From: Octopus sinensis | Lineage: Eukaryota | DNA length: 64,000 bases | NCBI RefSeq assembly: GCF_006345805.1 | Contig: NC_043012.1 | Span: 46,438,001-46,502,000 of the forward strand | Direction of reading: 5' to 3' | Shown: positions 11,471-24,984 of the stretch, piece after piece | Position numbering within the stretch: the stretch's first letter is position 1 | How the letters are laid out: each line of letters opens with the position of its first letter | Position numbers and translations under genes: made by a program | Notes under the pieces: generated by a model | Database searches by the model: none | What the model saw: only the letters and a program-made list of their open reading frames with translations | What the model was told of the DNA's origin: nothing

Positions 11471-13255
11471 CAACTACTTGGATTTTAGCTATGTGTCTAT
11501 TAGTATGTCGATTAAAGCACATTCACCGTTTGGGCCGATACCGTTTACAATAGCGTTATAATTTTTACTGGATCTACGTCAGGAGTCTGCAGTGTTTTTT
11601 TCGATTAATTTATAGTTGATAAAGGAAGCGGATGGCGGATTTATTATGAATCATTAACCAGCATGAAGATCGTTTCGAACCATCCTGCATTTGTCCCATG
11701 GGCATAGGATATTGTACATCTGGACGCGTGGCATCAATCGATGCAGACTGTGTCAATTCAGGTGCTTGGTGTAGAAAAGGATATATCCCTAGATATACTG
11801 AGATCCCCTTCGTATGTTCTTCTGACTAAAAGAATAAGCATAGAAAGATAAAAACTGAAAAGAAAAGGGAATATAAATATATACATCAGCTTATGTATAT
11901 AAACAAATACTTCTGTACGTGTGCGTGTCGACTGAACGAACATCCTAACGACCAGGCATCAATGTCTGACTGGGGTATCTAATACACTGCAGTACGCGAG
12001 ATAACAGCTAGTTGTCCGCCTCTAATAAAACTATCTTTATAGATTACAACTACATAAAACAACATCCAATTGGAGACATGCGTGCGTGTGTCTATATATT
12101 TGTGTATGTCTATATATATATGTGTTCATATCAAAGAGTGGGTATATATTTTTCTTAATCTTAACTTGCTTCGACACGTTTTATCTTCTATCATTTATGA
12201 TGTAAATTTATGTTGTATATTCAGGGTAAATTATAGTCAGCCCCATGCGCCGGAACAACCTCAAACTTATCCTACGCTCTGTCAATATACCAACGTACAA
12301 CTAGCCAGAACTACAAGCCAAAGAAAATCTGAGTATATCTACAGAGATATCTTATTCTATGTTAAGCACCAGAAGTGACACAGCCTGCGCTGATTGATGC
12401 GAGGCAACCAGATGCACATGGGTAGTTCCAATCATGCAGAATGGGTCGAAATTATCGTCGTGCAGAATAAATCTTCATACTAAAATCTATCTTCCGATTC
12501 ATTTATCAACTATGTATAGATACTCACATACATACATACATACATACATACATACATACATACATACATACATACATGGTGGCTGCACTCTCGTTATCGA
12601 GTATGGCCATTGCACGACGCTTAATCAATATTGTTATCGTGCAATGCCTGTGCAAGAAGATTTTTTTTTAAGTGAGGAAAGGCTGTGCACTGAGTCAATC
12701 CCACTCACTAAGCAGCAGCAGCCATAATCCGAAAAGAAGAACAAGTCAACATCATCGGTAACCACTGAGCCGCAGGTTTTATGTCGGAGTTATCCCAGTT
12801 ACCTGAGTTACCTTCTCCTAGAAGGATGCCCTAACAAAAGCTAGGATTCCTTTACTCCCAATGGTTTAACCGCGCGATCGGGTATTCAGTCCGATTATTT
12901 TTTATGTCCCCGCGCATGATACAGCCTTAAGACATTTATTGGATGGCCGTTGACTCTCAAGAGTTCTTCCACCCTTTGACGGGCTTTGTTTTTCATCCTG
13001 CAGGGTGTCCAATAAACACCCTCCTCACCAAGCAAGCTTGGTGGGATTGGTGGTTTAGTCGCCAACGACCCGACCATGCAACAAGTTGTACTGGGTTACA
13101 TGTTACCAGTAGCACTCGAAAGTGACCTGACATATACATACATACACACGTACGTACACACATACATATACATACATACATACATGCATACATACATACA
13201 TGCATACAGACAGACAGACAGACAGACATATATACTCAAATACATACATACATAC

Positions 13256-13286
<31 letters not shown>

Positions 13287-15975
13287 CATACATGCATGCA
13301 TGCATATATATATATATTATATATATATTATATATATATATATATATATACAGTTCATTATATCATGAATTCATCTGATGAAAACGTATTCTTTGCAATG
13401 ATGCAATGTATTTATTAATCAATTAAAGGATTTTGATATACACTTGTTTTTAGGCAATGTTATTTCTTAACTTTGCATCAAATATATTTAACATGGATAA
13501 AATTATACCAATATACTATAGTTTAATATGTAAACAAAGCGTTAGATAAATTTTGTTAAATAAATTGTGAAATAAATATTTGAAGAATGTTTCGTATGTC
13601 TTAGCCAACGTACTTATGATGTTTAACAAGTTTATATATTTTCTTCATGGATGAAAATAGAATTTTAACATCACTTTCTATTTTTTCAACATTTTTTTCG
13701 CCGCAGGCATCAGTTGGCAAGAGATTGACTCACAACTAACAGTTTTAAATTAAACTGTATGTAGTGGCTGATTTCTGATTCTAGTGAACACGTATCAATC
13801 TGTTATTAGGTTTAATTGTTTAAATATCAATTATACAATAAATAATATACCCTGTCACAAATACTTAGACATGTGCAGAAATATAAAGTAATATTCTCTA
13901 GTAGAAATGATTTTATGGATCAGAACCGCAGTTCAAACATAATATTGAGAAAACTAAATATTGTTGTCAATATTTAGTTTATATTTAGTAATAATGGAAT
14001 CTGAAATAAGTCATTATAGATGAGAAGTCTAGGAGTATTCCTATACTCAAACTTCCATTTTTATAATAAAAAAATGAATGATACTTGCAGAATATATATT
14101 TTAATATACCAATTATATTTTTCCCATCCATTTTCATGGAATATATATCTGTACATAAGAAGAGCATTATTTGAAACAAAATGTGTTTTTATTATTTCGT
14201 ATTGTTCAGATTTCCCAGCAGAGAATTTTTCTGCTCTTCCTTTAAAGCCAGTCATCTTTCCAGCTTCCTGATAAAATGTATGACATATATATAAGAAGAT
14301 ACACACGCAAACGCATACGCACACACAAACACACTTACACATTCACATAAGATATCTGCAAATACCAGCTGTGTACCATGGTTGTAAACGAGACGAATTT
14401 TGAAATTAGTAAACTCTATGCCGAAGCAGGGTACTTCCGTCAACTCGTCTAAAAGTTTCACACATATAAAATTTGTCAAAACTACCGATCAATAAACTTA
14501 GAAAATAGAGAGAATAAAAAGTCTATTGACTCATTACAATATGATAAATGAAAAACAATGAAGTACACTGAATGACTTGTGTTGTGAAATGGAAGTAGTG
14601 CAAAGGTCAGCGGAAACCTCCAAGTTTGCTGCACTCATGTCTCCAGCAATTGCTTTTGATTCTAATAGAAATCTCAATATTTTTTGTGGTGGTTGTGCTT
14701 GTTTCATATTGAGTTAGTGAGAAATTGCATAGCAAAAAAAAAGTAAGAAACAGAAATAAAAACAGACTATAGAAATGAGAATGTGACATGTTTATTGTCA
14801 AACTCTGTCGGTCGTTTTTAACAAAAGTTTGGAAAATAACAAGCAGATGTTGATTGATAAGATTTTCCGATATTCTGAATGTGTGATCTGTGTTAGAATA
14901 AAGAACGTTGCTATGCAGATCATATATGCCAAGCATTGGTCTAAGCAGATATATTTGGAAATGTATTATAGGAGAGAGTGATTTGTTTTTTAATGTAAAA
15001 CTCTAAAGAAATGTCATGTAAATTATACAAGGGAGTAATACGTTCAGAAAACAAAAATAATCAGTATTTTCTTCATTTCTTTTGTTTACTGTCAGAAGAA
15101 TCAGCTTTAAATCGTATCAATAAAACTGAAATTGTTTTTTGCCGCCTTCAGCATATGCCTCCATCATAAATAAATGAATAATAATCAGTCATTCTTTACC
15201 ACTAACGTACCGTAGATTTATTGCAATCACCAATAAAGCCAAGACTCGATAAAGGCTCGATTCCAGTTGAATCTTTCCAACCATACATTGCGTCCAGGTC
15301 GAAATAACTATGTGACTGGAATCACATAGAGTTTGATTCCTATAAATTATAACTTACACATAAACAATATATTTATTTGAATGAGTTGCAAGATAAATAT
15401 CCGTGGTGTTGCTGTGTATTTGATACAATGGATTCATGTGTATCACTGGTATGAGTCTGTGCACAAGATAGATTTTAGCACCTTTGATACACGGAAATAA
15501 ATAACCGAAATTATGGGGATCAATACCCTCGTCTGATTTCCTTTTGTTTGTTATAAATATTTCAGTTACAAAGTTTCTAGGTTTGCGTTAACGCAGAGGT
15601 GGGTGATTCCTGTGTTTACAATGCCATTGGTAACGAAGTAAAGGATACAAATATCAATTACTTAAAGATTAGGTAAGACAGACTATGGCTATAATTCATG
15701 GAGCATGTTGAAAATGTATATATTAGCCGCAGAGTCAGCATTTATGCCAAAAGGTAATATTTATCCCCACTTAAATATTCCTCTTTAACCGTGAGAACAT
15801 CCACGCTTCAGTCGGGGTAAATAATTAACTCTGAGATTAGTATTCTTCCGTGAGCGATAAATACATCTATCATTATTTAAATTCCAAGTTTGTGACTTCA
15901 TTAAAGTGTTTCATTAAATGCAGTATTTACTTTCGGTGCATCTAAGCACCCTTTGGTATTCTGTCGTTATTGATC

Positions 15976-16008
<33 letters not shown>

Positions 16009-16663
16009 GATGTTTATAACTGGACGTTAGCCTTCGATTGCTCGAGAAAGGTCACTTGGTGTTGCAGTTTCATGTTGGTATATCAGCGACAACAATTACT
16101 TAGAAAGTGCAAGGAAATCGTCCACGTGGAGGGCAAGAAAACGGTCGTGTAGTTGGGTATAAGAAAGGGTGGTAGGTGTGCGCTCTCTAGGAGGATCGTA
16201 CCTCTCAAAGGTTGTAGTATGCAGAGCCACTATCCTATGGCATTCCTAGGCACTATACGGGCATTACAGCCAATGACTTCAAGGTTGCATACTCCCGGCA
16301 CTGTCTGCACCAAGGTCACCGTCAACAACTAACCACCATTAACAGCACCGTATATCCCCATGAACTGCAAATTACTAAACCCGAACGCTTCTTCACACTT
16401 TCACCGCTTGTACATAACCACACGAGTATATATGCAAACGCACTCCGTAGACGTGAGTGTGCGTATGCATCTGCTCACAGTATACATGTGCATGGATGTG
16501 CGTACACTGGCATACATGCAAGCGCTTGCTTGCCCATGCACATGAGGACCCTGGCGTGTTCATGAACTTACACGTATACACCTATATATGCGCGTGCGCA
16601 TTTGCATGTGCGTGTGTGCATATGTGCATATGGATAAAAATGTGCACGAGTGTGTGTGTGTGT

Positions 16664-16709
<46 letters not shown>

Positions 16710-17421
16710 GTGTGCATTCGTGTGTATATGTGTGTGTTTTTTGTGTGCATGTGCCAGCGCAAATATGTGAACATACATCTACACACATATGCACACTTGT
16801 TAAACACGAATACACGCACACAAATATGCGGGCATATACATGTACACATATACGTATATACTCCAAACATCTACATTTCGTTCCTATTTCCCGTCAACCA
16901 ACCACGCGACCAAACGTCTGTCAATCACGCGGACAATTTTCTGTTCACCATGCTGTATTTTCTAAGTAATTGTTTTCGCTGAAATACTAACATCAAACTG
17001 CAACACCACGTGACCGTTCTCGACCATTCGGAACTTAACTTCAAGTTATAAACATTGACTCTCTTCAATCAAAGTCTCATTCAGACAACTGATGGTCAAT
17101 GACTAGCGACATGCTTGAAACTCAGTTTACCAAGTACTTTAACTGTTTGCTCCCAATAACTTCGTTCGTTTGTCTACTCACTGATATATATATACTGCAT
17201 AGAGAAGCAAAAGAAATTAAACAGGACAGGGGTAGACACGTGGGCTGGAGAGATGCTGTACAATTCACAGGATGTATGGTGAAAGTCTCCAGACATAAGA
17301 CATTAAACAAGAACAATAATAAATCAATCTCAAGTGAAAAACGATCATATGATGCGTTTGATTATTCGGTAAAAAAAGAATGACATCTACACATACATAC
17401 TTACATATATGTATGTATGTA

Positions 17422-17482
<61 letters not shown>

Positions 17483-17700
17483 TATTATATATATATATAT
17501 TTGAGTAATTGAATGAATTATCTTATTAAGGATAATTCGAAAGATAACCGATACCTGGGTAGTAAATTCACATCAGAAAGAACACCGTTGAAGCTACGTC
17601 CCTAGGACATAGACTACGTGTCTTTGTGCGGAAATTTGTATGTTTATTTTAAAATTGTAAGTATATGAAAGAATGGAGTTGAACGCCTAGTTAACAAATA

Positions 17701-17797
17701 TCCTTTATTCTCGACATATGTTTCGAAGGCTGCATACTCCTAATTCCGAAGGAATAAGGAGTACATTATGCAGATTTCTCATCAGGAAAATAAAGGA
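17701..17797 (-). ncRNA. Type I hammerhead ribozyme (Penelope-associated, palindromic stem III)
   Basis: Minus strand: UCCUUUAUUUUC-CUGAUGA-GAA..(hairpin)..UUC-GAAA-CAUAUG-UC/GAGAAUAAAGGA; 12-bp stem I with one G-U pair, complete core, GUC cleavage triplet (predicted cut between 17713 and 17712). Confidence 0.88.
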
Positions 17798-18352
17798 ACT
17801 TATGTCGACATCAAAATGCACAAAAATCTTTTAGCTGACCGCTCTCAAGGAGCCCATGACGATAATGAGTGTCTCTTCATAATGAGTGACGTCAGAGTGG
17901 CTGAATGTAGAAGAATCTAGAAGTTTCTAAAGGTTCAAGAGTTCAAACGAAGTAGGAGGATGGAGGCATAAGAATAGTAAGGTGAGAGAGTGCAGGTCAA
18001 AAGAATGGTGGGTTTAAATTATTTCTTTTGTGAATGAGTGCCTGTGTGTGTGACTGTAACTAACTGTCTTAATGTGTGTATGTGTGTGTCTGAATGCGTG
18101 ATTGTGTTTGTGGATGGGTAGATGTCAGAAAACTGACAGCTATGAGTTGAAAGGTCTGTATCTGTGTGTTCGATTATGTTTACTGTAGGGAAGGGAAAGT
18201 AGATAGCGAAAGGGAGAAAGAATCGGGCGAGGTGAGAGGCAACGCAAGAATGGATAGTAGTAATTGGGAATATAAGAAAATCTTTTTGACTATTGGGGTG
18301 AAATATAGGAAAAAAAATTTTTGGGAAATCGAGGGGTTATCTATATTAGTCA

Positions 18353-19687
18353 CTATTTATATGAGTGAAAGGTGTGTCTTTTCCAGTGTAAACACCTGTA
18401 GGATCTTTCGACGATTGTGTTTATTAAAGGGCCTTTGGCGAACAAAATATGAAAAAGTTCGGAATTACAGATGCCACAAAATGTTCTGCCTTTATCAAAC
18501 GGGAAGGACACCGACAAAATGGACCATTCGAGCTTGAACGTAGTGTTATTGTTCTTCAGACACCAGACTAATTTGCTTAGCCCCGTGCTGTGTTGCTTTC
18601 TCTTTTCTCTGAAAGTGGAATAATGGTTGGAGATCCTTTGGGCTAATTTAGAAGAGGTTGCGCCAATATAGAAGTAGACATCGGTTCCAGAAGAGATTTT
18701 GCATTGGTAAGTGGTGTTTCTAATTTTGGAATTTTTGGATAAGAACTTTAATCTGTTGGGGTTGGTTTCCGATACTAAGACATAGCTTTTATTGTTGTGA
18801 TAGGTGTAAAAATTTTTGCTGGCTTTGGCCACGATAGTATTCATCTTATTATCATTACTATTAGTCGTAATATCGTTGGCAAATTCCCTGGCTATAGGAA
18901 TGCTGCGATTGTTATCATCAATAGTGTAACTGTTATTAAGAATGCTGGTACTATTACTGTTAATAATCACTGTTAATAATCTGGCTAATGTTATTATCAT
19001 TATTACTATTGCTAACGCTAATGCTGCTATGAATGTTGCTAATATCCATACTACTTCTATTATTATTATTAATGTATGTTACGTTGGAATGGGTAAGGGT
19101 GGTGTCGCTACACATGGGTGGAGAGACCCTATTTAGCAGCTTATTATTGTGGGAAGCTATTATCTGCGAAAGATTTTTAGTATTTGAGAATGCTATTCTT
19201 ACTTTCTGCGAATTTATAGTGGAGTAGTATCTAGAATTCCTAGGAAAATTCTTAGTAACGGCTTCACGGAATTGTAAAGGGAGATTAGACCTGATTTGTC
19301 CCCCGAAAGGAATCACAAATAGGATATAGTTTTTTTTTTGTTCTTGGAATGGCTGAGAGTGTTGACATTTACATTAAAGGGTATATTTCTGTGTTGTAGA
19401 ATGGGTTTAGGTTTACGCTGGCCTCCCCTGGTCCGTAAATTATTATTGTAAAATATATTTGTGTCGCCGTTGCTAGAGCTGAAATCACTATTTATGTTAT
19501 TTATATTATTATTAGAAGTTATCTTATCTTGATGGGTAGATCTTTGTTTAGGATGGGCCGGATCGATATATGATAAGTTTTTTGTGCATTTTGATGTCGA
19601 CATAAGTTCCTTTATTTTCCTGATAAGGAATCTGCATAATGTACTCCTTATTCCTTCGGAATTAGGAATATGCAGCCTTCGAAACAT
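18353..19687 (-). pseudogene. GIY-YIG endonuclease ORF of the Penelope derivative, split by two small lesions
   Basis: TYQCKI..YFYIGATS..LAQRISNHYSTF..STGLSKLVW.LK..FKLEWSIL..CGICNSE..RCLH; three ORFs (19687-19313, 19316-18960, 19000-18353) join after fixing a homopolymer slip and a 13-bp duplication. Confidence 0.8.
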
Positions 19688-19704
19688 ATGTCGAGAATAA
19701 AGGA
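19608..19704 (+). ncRNA. Hammerhead copy in the inverted pLTR with a core mutation (CUGAUAA), probably inactive
   Basis: Same fold as 17701-17797 but G8 is A and the stem II first strand is GGA. Confidence 0.7.
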
Positions 19705-20181
19705 TATTTGTTAACTAGTCGTTCAACTCCATTCTTTCATATACTTATAATTTTAAAATATACATATATATATATATATATGCATATGTATGTATATACA
19801 TATATATGTGTGTTTGTATGTGTGGGTATGTATGCATTTATGTATTTTGAAATTGAGTGGAAAAGAACGAATTTCTTCTTGTTAGAACGTACGCGTAAAT
19901 GGAGACACGATAGGCTGGTTTGAATTGACATCAGTTCGTATAAATGTAATACAGATTTTTAAAATTAAATAAATTCAAACGATTATGTATTGTAAGGATC
20001 TAATACGTACGTTTTTCGGTCATAGCATTACATATAACAGGAAATACGTTCACAATGCAAGACTCTCCTCATTTAACACATTTTAGAATATAATAAAACG
20101 TACGTGTGGAATTTGATCTGCATGTATATTCAGGAAATAGAAGTCAACTACGTTTCGAGAAAGAATATGTAGAGAAGAGGG

Positions 20182-20228
<47 letters not shown>

Positions 20229-20559
20229 ACGAAACATGTAAATAGGAGAGGGAAGAGAATATATATATATATAAGTCGATAAATGGTACAACAAGGATAT
20301 TACTCTTGGATGGCATCTTTTGAATGTTTGTTACTCTTGGATTTGTCTTTTGGGCAAAATTTTGTGTGGTGAATTTGTATGTATTATTTTGTATCTTTTG
20401 GAGGGTGTGGTGTTCGCATATTCGTATGCTGAGGTAGTTCGTCTTTCGAGCATACTTTCCTATGTGTGGAGTTTGTGTGCTATGTGTATTCAGATTCCAC
20501 GTTCAGGAAGGGGAGTATTCTGGTGGGATTACCGTCACAGGTGCTGGCTCTTCTTTGGT

Positions 20560-20840
20560 GTATCTGAATGCAAAATATTGCTTGGGTATGCAATATCCAT
20601 ATCATATTTCAATGTTCATATGATGTTTGACAGGGATGCTGCTTGTCTTTTTTATTTTTGTTTCTGAATAGCGCCAGGTGTTGTGTATACCTTACCTTAA
20701 ACAAACAACGAGTCATTTCGATATTTTTCTTTGCTACTGCGTTACTGTCCGTGATCTTGGTCTTGTGTACGAGTTCTTTCTTCAGATAGTTGTTGTTTAG
20801 AGGGCAACAGTTTGTAGAATTCCATTGCCATTTGGTGGTG
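20560..20840 (-). mobile_element. Decayed Penelope-like GIY-YIG fragment
   Basis: Minus-strand translation NCCPLNNNYLKKELVHKTKITDS..NIEMT..FKVRYTQHLALFRN fits CP..C..VY.A.I..YIG.T..FK.R..H. Confidence 0.6.
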
Positions 20841-20890
20841 TTTCTAGTGTGTTTATATTTATTGTAATTAGATATTATTGACCATATATC

Positions 20891-21042
20891 GGAGATATAT
20901 TAGATTCTTATCAACCTCATGGTTCCAGGTTTTCCCACTGAGTGGCACCTTAACCAAGTGTCTTCTACTATAGACTCGGTCCGAGTCTATATATAAAGCC
21001 TTGTGAGTGGATTTGTTTGACGGAGACAGAAAGAAGCCCGTC

Positions 21043-21087
<45 letters not shown>

Positions 21088-21337
21088 ATATGTGTGGTGT
21101 GTGTGTGTTGTGTGTGTTTGTATGTATGTATGTATGTTTGTTTGTCTGTGTTTGTCTTCCCAACATTACTTGACATACGATGTTGGTGTGTTTACGACCG
21201 CGTAACTTAGCGGTTCGGCAACAGAAAGCGATTGCAGAAGTACTAGGCTTACAAAGAATTAGACTTGGGGTCGATTTGCTCGAGCACGGCCGCAGTCGAA
21301 TGACTGAAACAAATAAAAGAATACAGAATAAAAGAAT
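20891..21337 (+). mobile_element. SINE with an internal TA/TG microsatellite
   Basis: tRNA-like head, gtggcacctt..caagtgtcttctactatag body, internal microsatellite, tail ending tgactgaaacaaataaaagaata; homologous to 45170-45420 (-) and 7706-7821 (-). Confidence 0.75.
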
Positions 21338-21354
21338 ATATATATATATATATA

Positions 21355-21389
<35 letters not shown>

Positions 21390-21430
21390 GTGTGTGTGTG
21401 TGTGTATGTGTGTGCGTGTGTGTATTTATG

Positions 21431-21471
<41 letters not shown>

Positions 21472-21568
21472 TGTGTGTGTGTGTGTATGTGTGTGCGTGT
21501 GTGTATTTATGTATGAATATATATAATATATATATATATATATATACATACATAAATACACACACGCA

Positions 21569-21624
<56 letters not shown>

Positions 21625-21972
21625 CATATTCATGCATATAATACAGGACGTCCACAACGGTGAAAACATGAAATAAGTAAATAAACGTGTTAAATTCCTA
21701 AACACCAAGGATAAATGGAAAACAAGAAAATAAACACAGAGAAAGGATTAGATATCGGCTGTCTCTCTACACCTCGTATCGAGCATTCAACGACAATATG
21801 AGTCTTCCAAGACAGTTGCTCCCATAAATTCAAAAACAAAATTTAAGATTTACGGATCCTCAAAACTGGGAACAAGAACATGGCAGTCGAGACATACAAG
21901 GAAGCCGAACGAAATCAAAAATGGAGGGTTGTTAGACCAGACTAATGTATCCATATATGAATGTATGTATAT

Positions 21973-22004
<32 letters not shown>

Positions 22005-22091
22005 GCATGTATATTTATGGATATATATACATACATATACATATATATGTATATATATATATATATATACATATATATATACATATACATA

Positions 22092-22129
<38 letters not shown>

Positions 22130-22163
22130 CATACATACATACATACATACATACATACATACA

Positions 22164-22195
<32 letters not shown>

Positions 22196-22751
22196 CACAC
22201 ACATAAATACGAGAAGCATTATTACCGTTATAAACTTTAATAAAGAGGTGGCTAGCAAGACTTCTACCTATACAGGTACAATATACAATAATTGAAGAAA
22301 AGAAGGGTAGAGATACCGCTTACTAAATGTTAACGTGACAGCTTCAAAAACCCACAAATTTTACAATAAATACACACACGAGCATTGCAATGAATATTAA
22401 AAAGAAATAGGCCTACCTTCAGAATGGAATACGCAAATAGATTATACATATTCCAGTATCAATTGATTTCATGCTATGCACGACAAAAATGCTCTGCAAT
22501 CACAGACCGGTCTTTACTCTTGTGTACAGAGACTGATTCGCAGTAGCCGTCGGAGACATACACACACATCTAGGTGTGTATGCAGGGGTTATGTATAAGT
22601 AGATATCTGAGTACTACCATCGCTGGTAAATTTCATTTCTTTTCAATTTATTTAATTCTGTGCATTCTTATTCTATTTTTACCTTAATTTATTTCATTAC
22701 ATCTCCGATAATACCCTCCAGTTTACTTCTTCCTCCTCTTTCTCTCACTAT

Positions 22752-22759
22752 CATTATTG

Positions 22760-22854
<95 letters not shown>

Positions 22855-22872
22855 ATTATTATTATTATTATT
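22752..22872. repeat. Compound (ATT)n(GTT)n(ATT)n microsatellite
   Basis: Direct reading; it explains the poly-N/L/I ORFs. Confidence 0.95.
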
Positions 22873-24948
22873 GATATCAAGTCTTCTTCTTCTTCGTCTT
22901 CTGCTTCTTTTTCTTCTTCTTGCTTGCTTTCTTTCATGTCTCACGGTTCGATAAAAATAATGGAGCTGATGTAATAGACTTACTCCCTCCCCTCAAAGTT
23001 TGCTGACCTTGTGCCTACCTCGCTGATTTTATATTGGTAAGATTTTACCTATTAAGATCAGTAAATCATAGTTTATTGGTGTTTACACCCAAGAAAGCAA
23101 AAGGATCTAGAGCAAAAGCACACCAGTCATTGCAACTGTAGAATATATTCGGACATTGAGCTACCTTATTAAACACCTGTTTTCGTATTTGTGGCTTTCG
23201 GAAAGTGACACAACTGCTATATCTGGCAGAGCGAGTTATTCCGTATACAGACTCACATTAGTTATTAATGTATGTTGATGTCGTTGATAACAATAAAAAT
23301 ATAGTTTCATAACATTAAGGGTAACGGCTAAGAAATCACTAAATACGGTAAGTGTGAAGATGCGAAAAAAGAAACACTATATTTCCCACATAATGTTAAA
23401 GCTGAAAGATGTTCCAATCACCGCGTTTAAATGAAAGACAAAAAAAAAGCAAAATCTGTCACATTTTGTGTTTTACATTTGTGATTGCAGAGAGCGAGAG
23501 ACAGTGAGAGAGAGAGAGAGGGGGAGGGAGAGAGAGAAAAAGACAGAGAGGGGAGGGGGAGAGAGCGTGACAGATAGAGACATAGAAGTGAGAGAGAAAC
23601 AGGGATAGGGCACAGCTAGATAATAGTGATTATTTAATTCACTGAAAAATCTGTTGCTGTGGAATATTGTTTAATTTCTTTTTTCCGTGCATGCATTTAC
23701 GAAATTATTGTATTCACCTTTGAATTTGTGGTTCGCAGCGTGTACCTGTGTTTGCAAAATACGCCATCATATGTTTATTAGTAGAAACACGTTTCTATGG
23801 TGTTGAAATGTACGTCATTATACATTTTATAGCTTCGACCGCTCACGATATCTAATATGCATTAATAAAATATTTCGGTGAAGTATTTAATAAATACAAG
23901 GCATATTTGTAAATTGTCACTGCCAGTTTCTCGGTCTGTAAACAATATTTATATACATAAGTTCCTCAACGTTCAGTGCTTTTATTTCGACTGTATTTCG
24001 AATATAATTACGGAGAAATTGCAAAACATAAAATAGAATCAGATTTCTAATATTCATGGATTTCTTATGTAAATATCTGCATTCGTATGTACGGATGCTC
24101 GGACGCTTATATATATATATATATATATATATACTTACATATATGTGTGTGTGTGTGTGTGTGTGTGTTGTATATATGTATATTTGTGTGTGTGTATGTG
24201 TATATTTGTTTGCATGTATGTGTGTGTTTAAATATATATGACGTTCAACATTGTATATTTAGGGATAATTGTGTAAATAAAATAAGTATTCATGGTCTGC
24301 TTTTTTTTTAACGAATGCATTTATTTTTCATTTCTGAATATATAAATGAATGTATATATATACATATATATATATAATACGTGTGCTTAGGAATGTTGGT
24401 GTTCCCTTTTCATGTTTGTGTGTAGTGAATTCATTCATTTGATCGCATTTATGTATGAATTTATTTATTAGAAAAATATATTTCATGTCAGGAGTAATAT
24501 TTTGGGTTACATTTGCATTTCAGATATATGTACATAAATTTGCTTTCCATATAATTCGTTACTAACGCCAGAGATTTCTATGGAAGCAATGTTTGCATTT
24601 ATTTTAAATGACTGTTTCTCTCCTCACTTCAAGTTTATATATTTGTCCTGAACAAGAAGGAAATGATCGTAATTGTTTGTTTCTTTTCTTTATTGCTGTG
24701 TAAATTCAATTATTCTCTACGCAAAGCCAACGTTTTTAAACTTCTGTTGAATTGCTTGCTTATGCTATCATTATATATACATATATTTCTTATACTTATT
24801 TTTAAAAAATCTGCATTATGCATTTTTATCAGCGGACGAGTGTATGTCGATTATGAATATATGCGTGAATTCTAATCATTTCAGAGTTGAGGATAGGGTT
24901 ATCAAAATTAAAGCAGCAAATAAGAATATATTGATTTTCATTAAAAAA

Positions 24949-24984
<36 letters not shown>

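Larger units (their letters stand above)
17646..19760 (-). mobile_element. RT-less or 5'-truncated Penelope-like element with inverted ~180-bp pseudo-LTRs
   Basis: 17646-17827 is the near-exact reverse complement of 19580-19760; the interior encodes the PLE linker (IPFGGQIRSN..FP..N...RIAFSNTKNLSQIIASHNNKLL) and GIY-YIG. Confidence 0.88.

Noticed and set aside
13700-14940. Scattered splice-like sites and short open frames (also about 28400-28700, 36550-36670, 41704-41765, 45750-45950)
   Set aside because: No consistent strand, phase or recognisable protein, so no gene model could be supported.
17515-17600. Hammerhead-like CTGATGTgaa..ttcGAAT on the minus strand
   Set aside because: Two core positions are wrong and stem I is at most 3 bp; at best a decayed remnant.
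18353-19000. Selenocysteine-containing (Naiad-type) GIY-YIG
   Set aside because: No in-frame TGA in the domain; the Cys positions are ordinary Cys codons and the stop is TAG.
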